Source: Chitinophagales bacterium (GTDB taxonomy: Bacteria; Bacteroidota; Bacteroidia; Chitinophagales; Saprospiraceae). Taken from it: a DNA stretch of 64,000 nucleotides. Positions 1 to 10,800 of the stretch are shown piece after piece. The position numbers and the translations under genes are program-made. The notes beneath the pieces are model-generated. The model worked only from the letters and a program-made list of their open reading frames with translations. It did not search any database and was not told where the DNA came from. The stretch's first letter is position 1; the number at the start of each line of letters is the position of its first letter. The stretch covers positions 9,200 to 73,199 of the forward strand of contig JBBRVQ010000015.1 in the NCBI GenBank assembly GCA_038246735.1, given 5' to 3'.

Positions 1-950
1 AAGCTATTATTTTCAGCTACACTCAATATCATGTTTTTAAACGTAATGGGTGTCACCTTTCCATGCTCACTAAAGATACCATTTTTAAATGCAAAATCAT
101 ACAGCTTTTTTGTATAATGGGAATGGTCATTATTTAAGCCCTGTTTTTTTGATCTTATGTTGAGTCGAATGAGATAGGCAGTTATAATTATTTCTTCTAA
201 ACTGCCATGAAGAAATCCAACATTTAGCAGTTGATTGACAAGGATATCATATTTTGATTTATCAAATTCCTTAAATAATTCGCAAATGGTTCTAAAGTTT
301 TGGATGTGTGTTGTATCAGAAGATGCACTTACGAATGACTCCATGATGGCGGCATCGGCTGTGCCAACGTAAGGATAAATCGTGCTCCAGTTGATGATTT
401 CAGTTTTTAAAATTTGGGCAGTATAGGACGTGTAATCTATAAATGTTTGATGTAGCGAATGTACGGCATTGCTACCTTCACTATATTTGTGGGGATTGAA
501 GCTATAATACACTTCAAAGTGACTGAGCCATTCATATAGTTTGTGATAATAATTAGCATTTGGCGTGCTATGTATTCTGTTGGTCATATCCTCATATTCT
601 TTATTTGCCAATTGATACAATCCTCTTTTTTGAAAACCCTTTAATAGTAAATAGCTCTTCATATTTTCATCATGATGGATAGCGTCTTCTACCATCCATT
701 GTTCTAGGAGCTGATATAATAAAGATAGATAATTGGCGAAATTTTTATCTGAGTGTTGAACAAATTTTTTACCCTTGATTTCCTTTAGATCAGTCTGTGG
801 CAATAAACCGTTGGATACTTTTTTGATATGGCAAAATATGTGATAGACTTCAGACTTGGTATCATGATGTCGGAGTATAAATTTATCAAATACTACCTTC
901 TCCGACTCATGGAGTGCATTAAAAACAGTAATAAACTTAGGTAGTGCCAT
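1..950 (-). CDS. hypothetical protein, N-terminal 316 codons only (gene runs off the window start)
   Basis: Manual minus-strand translation from ATG at 950-948 (MALPKFITVFNALHESEKVVF...KVTPITFKNMILSVAENNS) stays open to position 3. It is absent from the ORF track because no stop lies inside the window. No family recognised. Confidence 0.55.
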   Translation of the reverse strand, partial: MALPKFITVFNALHESEKVVFDKFILRHHDTKSEVYHIFCHIKKVSNGLLPQTDLKEIKGKKFVQHSDKNFANYLSLLYQLLEQWMVEDAIHHDENMKSYLLLKGFQKRGLYQLANKEYEDMTNRIHSTPNANYYHKLYEWLSHFEVYYSFNPHKYSEGSNAVHSLHQTFIDYTSYTAQILKTEIINWSTIYPYVGTADAAIMESFVSASSDTTHIQNFRTICELFKEFDKSKYDILVNQLLNVGFLHGSLEEIIITAYLIRLNIRSKKQGLNNDHSHYTKKLYDFAFKNGIFSEHGKVTPITFKNMILSVAENNS

Positions 951-1283
951 ACCAAATTTGTTGATTTCGTTAGGAAAATTATTGGACGTAAAAGTATTGT
1001 AAAAAATTGAAAAACAGATATTTATAAAGGATAAAATTATTTATTATTACTAATATATGTTAGGAAAAAGCAATAAAATTAGATGGTATCTATGGCGAAT
1101 GAATATCATATTTGTCCTGGAAATATTTTTGATCATACACAACCAGTCATTTTGATTGGTCAGTTTTGAATGTCGATATTTTGATGATTAATTTTTTCTT
1201 ACCAAAAAATGTCAATTCACGACCGATAGTCAAATGGTTAATACCGTTGCTCAATTACTAAAAATTTACCACGGAGCCAATAT

Positions 1284-1291
1284 TAGTTTTG
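1284..1291 (+). promoter_or_regulatory. candidate Bacteroidota -7 promoter box (TAGTTTTG, consensus TAnnTTTG)
   Basis: Exact TAnnTTTG match 46 nt upstream of ATG 1337. It overlaps the TTG used as start in the ORF track, which argues the real start is 1337. Confidence 0.35.
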
Positions 1292-1336
1292 CATATTCAA
1301 AACTTAATAAATTTAGTAAACTTAAATCAACCCGTT

Positions 1337-1849
1337 ATGAGAATTTTAATTTTTATCTTTTTTTTGATGCTAAGTGTTAGCATCGCACAAGGTCAAGTGG
1401 TAGAAGTCCAAGGACAGCTCAAAGTCACTACTGTCAATCAAAATAACGCTGGTACCGATGTGCTAGTGAGAAATGCTAGTGGAGTGATGGAGAAGAGAGA
1501 TCTAAGTACGATATCTTTTCCTAGTACGGGGATAGTTATGAGTGAGACAGAAATCAATACAAACTTAATATCCAATGGTTATTCGAAATTTGGGGTTATT
1601 CATACAAACTATGGTATAATTGGGGGTGGTGGAATAAATTATGGAGATTGGACTACAACGTCTACTACCGATGCTCCTACAGCAAGGTCTTATTCCACTG
1701 CTATCTGGACAGGCACGGAAATGATAATTTGGGGTGGTTACGACGCCAGCAATCAGTATTTAAATACAGGTGCAAAGTACAATCCTTTAACGACTGGATA
1801 CTCACCGCCAATACCGAATAATAAATTGTTCTTATACAAAAAAAACTGA
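1337..1849 (+). CDS. secreted protein with one Kelch-like repeat, probably a truncated fragment
   Basis: Signal peptide MRILIFIFFLMLSVSIA|QGQ. The motif APTARSYSTAIWTGTEMIIWGG...GAKYNP resembles a Kelch/beta-propeller blade. Only about one blade is present before the stop. Confidence 0.5.
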   Translation: MRILIFIFFLMLSVSIAQGQVVEVQGQLKVTTVNQNNAGTDVLVRNASGVMEKRDLSTISFPSTGIVMSETEINTNLISNGYSKFGVIHTNYGIIGGGGINYGDWTTTSTTDAPTARSYSTAIWTGTEMIIWGGYDASNQYLNTGAKYNPLTTGYSPPIPNNKLFLYKKN

Positions 1850-1896
1850 TCTCTTTTTAACCAACTTATTTCCAACTCATTTAAAACAAAAACAAA

Positions 1897-4800
1897 ATGA
1901 AAAATTTAATAATTATCTTCTTTTTAGTTGTTCCTAAAATTATATGGGCACAATCTGGTGTCAATTACGGAAATACCTTGACAAAAGAAACTGGTTATCT
2001 AATAAAAGCCGATGATAATTTTGTGTACACTGTAGGCGCAACATTTACCAATAATGTTGAATTTCCAATCATAACAAAATTCAATAAAGGGACTTATGTC
2101 AAAGTATGGGAAAAAAGACTTGACATAAGTGCTAGAATCAATGATTTAAGTTTTATTGGTAATGATAATACACCTGCAGAAATGTTTCTCGTAGGAAATA
2201 CTTTACCTTCTGGAAGTTCAATAAATAATAGCTCTCTGTTATTAAAACTTAACACAGCCAGTGGAAATTTAGATTGTTCAAAAATTTATAACCATTCCGG
2301 AGGTGAATCGTTTACAAGAATTATTCGTCATCCCAATCCTTCAAATAGTAGTTATCCATATTATATTCTTGGAGCAAAAGCTGTTACAGGTGCTGTAAAT
2401 TTTGATGTTACTCAAATGTTCTTGTTGAATGTAAGTGCCGATTGTAATGCATCAAATTTTATCAACTTTTCAAGACAATATGCTCAGGCAACTCCCATCG
2501 ATGATGAATTTCACAGAGGATTGATTCCGATTTCAGGAGGATCGTTACTACTTACCGGCAACAGAGTGGACGGTGGCTTGGGTTTAATAGTAGTAATAAA
2601 TGGTGCCGGTGTTGTTTCTGAAGCAAAATACAATTCTTGGGATATGGAGATCGAAGATGGTATTCAATTGGCTAATGGTAATTTTATATTTGTTGCTGAG
2701 GATTTTTCAGTTTCTCCTAGAGGAGCAATGATTTTTATGACTGATACTAAGTTTGAATTTCTTACTGGTAAGAGTTACCCCGAACTTAATGGGTTCAGAG
2801 ATGTGTTTTTAGATGGAAATTTTGTATATACAATTGGAAATAAAAAGGAAACGGGAAATGGTCTAAATGAATTTCCTGTTATAATGAAATTTAATATTAC
2901 AAATTCTCCTTCAGTCAGCATTACAGAAATTTTTTCCCGTAATGTCGGGCATATTGTTGGCACATCTTACACAGGTGGCAATCTTGATTTAAAAGCCGGT
3001 AAACTCCATTATATAGACAGTAGAACCACACTAAATAATATAGGAAATATTTACATTGCTGAATCGGACATCAATGATAACTTTGAATGTCAAGGAACAG
3101 TAAGTTTAATGCCTACAATCCCTGATTTTTCTGTCACAAATACTCCCGTAACTAGTTCCTCATACACGCTACCATTTGCGACTACACTTACTGCAGTTAA
3201 TGCGAGTTTTACAACGGTCCTATTTTGTCCGTTAACGGTACCTTGTACTGTAAATTTTGAATCCCAATTTGGCGAGTGTGGGAATGTAAATTTTACCTCC
3301 ACCACAAATCTTATATCACCTGTGACTTACAGCTGGACATTTGGTACTACGCCACAAAGTACTTCGGCATTAAAAAATCCAGTAAAAAAATATCTGGCCA
3401 ATGGAACGTACCAGGTATGTCTCACCGTAAGCAGTGGAAATTCTTCATGCAATATTTGTAAGAGTATTACCATTAGTAATGCAGATACTCAAGCCCCGGT
3501 GGTCACCTGCCAGTCCAATGTCCAGCTTACCAATAATCCGGGACAATGTTACGCAACTTATGCACCACAGGTCACAGTTACCGACAATTGTGATCCGATG
3601 CCTACTTGCAATTGTGTTATGACCGGGGTTACTTCCGGACCAATGATAAAAAACACATTAACGCAATTTAATGTAGGAATAACTACGGTAACTTGCACCG
3701 CAACTGATGCATCTGGAAATGTTTCTATACCATGTATCTTTACCGTCACTGTTTTTGATGCTCAGGCACCGAATATCGTGTGTCCTCCAAATGTCACCAT
3801 TTCATGTACACAAAATCAAGATGACTACATGATAACTGGTCAGGCAGCGGCCACTGACAATTGTCCAGGTGTAATCATCGCACACACAGATATCTTTTCA
3901 GGCAATACTTGTTCGGGCACTATCACTCGCACATGGCGTGCAACAGATGCATCAGGAGCTATTGTGACTTGTGTACAACTAATCAAAAAAGAAGATAAAG
4001 TGGCACCAGTGATGTCTTGTCCTGTAAATGTGACAATCAATTGTACCCAAAACCCTCTACCTACTCTTACAGGAACTGCATTGGCTGTAGATGATTGCCA
4101 ACCTGGTCCGATCGTACCCACCTTTAACGATGTGACTGTGGGCACAGGCTGTTCTTTGTATATTAATCGTACATGGACAGCCAATGATGGATGTGGAAAT
4201 ATTGCTACTTGTTTGCAAAAAATACACTTCAAAGATGATATTGCACCTGTAGTTACTTGTCCGCCTAACTTAACTATAAACTGCATTGGTAATGACTGGC
4301 AAACCGCTAATTACGGAAACGCAACAGCCACTGACAATTGTAGTACACCAACAATATTTAATTTTAATAGAACACTTACAGGAACCAATTGCAATGGAGA
4401 GATCAAAAGTTGGTGGAGAGCCATTGATGCCTGTGGCATCCAAAATGAATGCGTACAAACTATAACCATAATGGACAATGTAGCGCCTTTGATCACCTGT
4501 CCACCAAATATAACGGTATCCTGCAATGACAATACCAACACATCCAATACAGGAACAGCCACTGCCATTGACAACTGTAGTGGAAATAATGTTATTAGGT
4601 TTACGGATGCCTTACCACCACAAGGCTGCACCCAAATTATCGTTAGAACATGGACAGCCACTGATGCTTGTGGTAATGTTTCTACTTGCGTACAAACTAT
4701 AACATTAAAAGATGATGTGGCTCCTAGTATTTCTTGTCCTCCTAATCTTACACTAAATTGTGGCGCTAATACTAACCCTGCTGCTACCGGTAATCCCGTG

Positions 4801-7800
4801 ACATCTGATTTCTGTCAAACAAATCTCTCCGTTACTTTCATTGATGCTACTTCTGGAACACCATGTAATTTAGAAATCACCAGAACCTGGACGGTCAATG
4901 ATGGATGCGGCAATACAAGTACTTGTATTCAGATTATAACAGTAAATGATATATCAGCGCCAACGATTTTTTGTCCACCATCAAATTTAAACCCTATAGA
5001 ATGTGCAGCGAACCCAAACCTTGGAGTACTAACAAATGTAGCGGACAATTGTGGGGGTAAAATAGACCAATCCAACGTAGATGTGTTAAGTATCAATGGA
5101 TGCATTACTATCATTAATAGGACTTGGACGGTAACTGATCAGTGTGGCAACAGTGCCACCTGCGCTCAGACCATCACCATGCAGGATACAAAACCACCAG
5201 TGATTACCAATTGTGGAAAAAAATATACCATTCAAGGTATAAGAAATATAGATGGAAATTGTATCGCAAACGTAACTGTTATCTCACCCAATGTGACTGA
5301 TCTCTGTGACGGCACAGTAACATTGACCAATTCATTCAATAATACGTCGAATGCGTCTGGTACATATGCTATGGGGCAAACGATATTAATATGGACAGCC
5401 AAGGATGATTGCGGCTTGATGACTATGTGTCGGGATACGGTGTTAGTGTTGGAATGTCCGAATTGTTGTTGGGACGAAAATGCTTTTAATGCCGTTGCTG
5501 CCACGGAATTTAGTATTATCAGAGATGAATGCAGTATTCACATCAGCCATCCGGGGTTGACTCCTTGTCAAAGGGTGACTTATACTTGGTCTACTGGAGT
5601 AAGTTCCGGATATTTGACAGGTACTGCCAATGCTAGCCATGATTATGTAACATCAGGAGATTACACCATTTGTGCACTGATAGAAGAGGTCGATGTTAGT
5701 GGCATGGTATGTTTTTCTGCAGAAAAATGCTATGAGGTATGTGTGACTTGTGGTGATGGATGTATGGATGATAGGATAGTGTATGAGTGTCATGATTTTT
5801 CTCAAGTAACGAGATATCAAGGATCAAGAAATTTGACTAGATACGATTTAGTGCATAGTAACGGATTTATTTATGCTGCGAACTCAATAAAAATAGCACA
5901 AGGAGATACAGATGCTACCATTACAAAAATGGATGCAAACAATTGCATTGTTGAGACGCTCCTTATTTTTGGGGGTAGTGGTTTTGATGAAGCAAGTTCA
6001 ATAAAAGTAAATTCATCAGGAACAAAAATGATTGTTGCTGGAATATATGAAAGTTTTGACTTTGTAATATCAAGTTCCATAACTATGAGTGGATCTAATA
6101 TTACAATGTCAAGTATTGGTGGTCCTGGTATTTGGAATGGTTTTTTATTACAAATAGATATAGGCACAATGAAAGTTGATTGGGCATTTTCTTTAGGAGA
6201 TGGTTGGAGAGATAATATTAATGATATAGCTTTTGATAATAATGATAATATTTACATTGTTGGTAGTATTAGAGGTCAAGGTACTTCTCCAGTAGTAAAT
6301 TTTGCTCCATTAGGTATTTCAAATCAAGTACTTACACTTGGTTTAGCCAGTATGTATGCTACTGATGTTTACACAGGCTTTGTAGCAAAATATGATACTA
6401 ATGGTAGATTGATTATGTACGATGTCATTCAGCCGTATGGTATGTATAATCCACGGGATGGTAATGCAAGTATTGGTTGCAACTCTATCGATATTGAAGG
6501 TTCTAATATATATGTTGGGGGGTATTTTCAGGCCGGTATTCCATACGTAAATGGTCCATCTGCAATAAATTTACCAAGTCAAACCATTGTTATACAAGTT
6601 GATATAAATGATGTTAATAAAACAACAGGTTGGTCAAATTTCGTAATTAAATATGATCTTAATTTACAAAGAAATATTTCACAAGAAATATATTCTGGGC
6701 TTGGGGATGTCTATGTGGAAAGAAATCAATTAAGATCACTTAAATTATCTCCTACAGATATTTTCGTAGGAGGATCAAATTTTATCACAAAATTAGATAA
6801 AAACACACTTACTCAAGGTCTTTCTTACAACTCTGTCTATGAAATTAATGATATAAAAGTTTCAGGAGGTATGCTGTACACCATAGGTTCAACAACAAAA
6901 GGAAATCCAAATTTAGATTTTATAAATTCGTCGCCGCCTTACTCTGTTGGGATTGATATTCCGATAGGTATCTACGATTTAGACCTTAACCTTAAAAAGA
7001 ATATAATTTTGGGAGGCGGCAGAATTGAATTCGGATATGGTATTGAAGTTGTGGGTAATAACTTTTTCGTACAAGGAATGTCCCAAAGCTTAGATTTTAA
7101 ATATGATCCGCCAAATGGTGGAATAATATCAGCGGCACCTGCAAGTGATGATGCAAATATCTTCTTAGGCAAATACTCATGTGCCTGCGAGCCAAATACA
7201 GATTGTTGTGAAGATGTAAGTGCTTCTTTTTCTGGGCCTGAAAAATGTTGTAAATCATTAAATCTTGTAAATAATGCAGGATTTGACATCAGCCAAGTTA
7301 CGATAGAATTGATAACACCTGACTGGATACTTAACACTACCGGCGGAGCGTCAGGTTATATTTACAACCCTATAGCCAACGGTATAGAAATAACGCACAC
7401 ATCAGGTTCATTGCCTACAGGCACTTTAAACAGTCTTTTGGAAACATGTTTAACTGGAATTCCTGCTGCATCAACAAGCCAACAGTTCGTGGTCAATTGG
7501 TATGAAAATAGTACATCAGGAAACGAACTTGTGTCATGTTCTGACACGCTGACTATGGCATGTAATCCGGCACCACCACCATTACTTTGTGTGAAAGTAA
7601 ATGATATTGTTGTGGAATGTGATTCCGAAAATCCAAATGTCTATAATGTTACATTTACAGTGACCAACCTCACAACTAATATCCAAGGAACAACAGCTTA
7701 TTTATCTGGTCTTCCTTCAGACTACTTATTCAATTCTTGTTCAGGTGGTACTTTATCTGGAAGTATAGCCTTGTCTATTTTCCCAATTCTGGCTCCAGGT

Positions 7801-10800
7801 GCAACTTCATTGCCACTTTGTGTACAAATCTATAGTCTAAATCCTATTCTAAATTCTGAATCTATATGCTTCAACATAAATCTTAAAGGCTTGATAGGCA
7901 ATATTTTGGCTTGTTGCACAGAAGATGAAGAAATGTGTGTAAGTCTTGCTCCTTGTTGCACACCATGCGACGCTATAGATATTACTTCATCGCCTTTAGA
8001 ATCTGAAGACGATAGATGTTGTTACACTTTAAATGTTGAAAATAATTGTGAATACGCATATTTTACAAAAATAGAAGCTGAGATATTGACAAATGACGTA
8101 CACTTTGGGTATCTATCTACTGGAACAAATTGGAATAACTGCACTCCACCTACTTTACAAGAAGTTTGTATAAGCCCAAATGCAGGAACTGTAGGTGCTG
8201 GTACGCTCAACAATATACTTGAATTTTGCCTAACAAATATCAACAATGCGAGTCAAATACCACAAAATATAGACTTTACACTATACGCCATAGATAGTAC
8301 TGGTAATGAAGTGGTTGCTTGTAACAAAATGCTTCAATTCCAATGTGATACTATTCCCAATGATTCTTGTTTGATTGTTACAAATGCTATAGCATATTGT
8401 AATCCTGAAAATGAAAAGTACACAATTAGCGTTACTATTCAAAACAACTCAAGTCCTGACTTTTGTGCCAATGAAGTAGTGATTACACCCCTTCAATCAG
8501 GTGTCGCAATGCCGAGTGTCATTGTATTATCCGATTTTTTATGTTATGGTGAATCTACAACTATTAATTTCATGTTGAATACCAATCCTTTTCCAGACGC
8601 GGATGGCTTATTTCCGGTAATTTTTTCACTAAAAAACAGTTTGAGTGGATATTGCTGTCGTGGCGGAATTGCGCATATTGATACTCTAGTTTTACCTGAT
8701 TGTCCTTGTGCCACTTTATGCTGTGATTCGGATGAAAATGAAGACTTTGAAAACATAGCACTTGGCAATTTACCAAACAATCAAGTGGGTTGGGTCAACC
8801 ATCAAGGTAGTCCACAAGTTGTGAGCGGTGGTGCAAATGGCTCGGCTCAGTGTATAGGATTAAATGCTGGTATTAGAGGAGTTAGACCTGGAAGTGTATC
8901 TTATGGGATGTCAGGAGTCGTAGGACCTGAAATCATTTTTAAAGAAAATAAATTATACTGTATTACATTTTGGGCCAAATTATTTCCAGCTTTGAACTTA
9001 TACGGACGTTTGGGTGTGTATGCAGATGGTCAATTGATCGGTACAGTGGTTATACCATCTTCTAATACTCTATGGACTCAATATTCATTCAATTTCATAG
9101 CGCCTCCGCCTGGACAGGAAATATTGATTTTTACTAATGAATCTCCAGCTCCTGCAGATGCTGGTCCAAGTATTCTCCTTGATCAAGTATGTTTTGAAGA
9201 AATTGTACAGATTTTTGATGACACAACTCCTCCAGCCCTAACATGCCCGGCTAACTTGACTATCAATGACACGGACAATGACTGCATGGTCTCCTACACT
9301 ATTCCAAATATTACCGTCACCGATGCCAATGGCGTGGAGTCAGTCACTTGCTATCTGGACGGTACACCTGTTAACATTGGGTCAATCCATAACTTGAGCA
9401 ACACACTGGTTCATATGATCCTATTTGTAGCGGAAGATATTTGCGGTAATAAAGATTCTTGTAGTTATACGATTACAGTCAGATGTCAACAGTGTACTTG
9501 CCCAGCAACCACATCTTCCTTTACACTCAAACCAGGAAATAACGCTACAGTAAACCTTTCTTGCGGACAGCCTTTAACTTCCATTCCTACTATAGATTGT
9601 CCGACAGCTGGTATAAATATTACAGGTAATTTCGGCTGTGTGTTAAATTCACCCGTTGGTTCATGTCCTCCAAATGCTATTTCTTGGACTTTGGACAGAC
9701 CTGTACTTGGTGATTTGACTGGCACATTGACCGGTCCTGTATTTAATTGGAATCAAGTAAGCGCCAATCTAAGTGATGCTGGTCTATATATACTAACAAT
9801 TAAGACCTTGTGTTCCGCATCTGTTGATAGTTGTCTGTGTGTATTGAAGTGGAATCAGAGACCATGTCCACCAATCGATACCTGCTGTAAGGATGAAAGA
9901 GCATTTTACGTAAATACACAATATGCCGTACTGCCAGGTAAAGACGAAAAAGACTGTAAGGCATTTGTAAATATAGATTTGTTAAATCCATGCATTAAAA
10001 TTGATAAAATAGATTGGGGAAATGGGACATCTACAAATGGCCCATTACCAACAGGTCAAACATATTATAGCCCTACGCTTACTAACGGTAATTATACCAT
10101 TGTAGTTACATTTAGTGAATATAATACAAGTGGTGCAAAATGTTGGACAAATGATGTGGGTTTTTCTATTGACTTACAGTGCATCAATCCTTTATGTTCA
10201 TGTAAATATGTATATTTTAAGATTGAAAAAGATAACGTGGACTGTAATAATGCCCCTGTCAAAATTTCATGTCCAAATAAAACACCTGTTTTTATTTCAG
10301 GAAACTTAGGGTGTACACCAACTGGCTGTGGAACAGGTACTATACAATACAACATCAGAAATTCTTCCAATGTGTCTGTAACTTCAGGCACTTTTATGGC
10401 ACAATACTTTAATTTACAACTTTTAGCCGGCTGGTTTGATCCTTTAGGTGGGCAATACAGTATGGAATTAGTTACAATTTGTGGTAATAACACTTGCAGA
10501 TGTAAACTCAATTTTATTGTTCCTGCGTGTCCAAAAAGTTGTCTATGCGATGATAATTTTGCTGCAGAAGTAAGTCTTGGATTCAGCACTCAGCATTACA
10601 CTATTCCTGTATGCAGAAAGAAATTTACTCCAAAGAATTTATGTCCAAATGACAAGGTAAAATGGACTCTCAATGGGATTGCAATGCAATCTTCTACAGG
10701 TACGAATCCGGTGATCTTTAATATTTTGCCGGCAAATAGTACTGTTTGTATGATAGTCGAAAGGATGGAGTCTCCGAATAAAATTTGCAGAGATACATTC

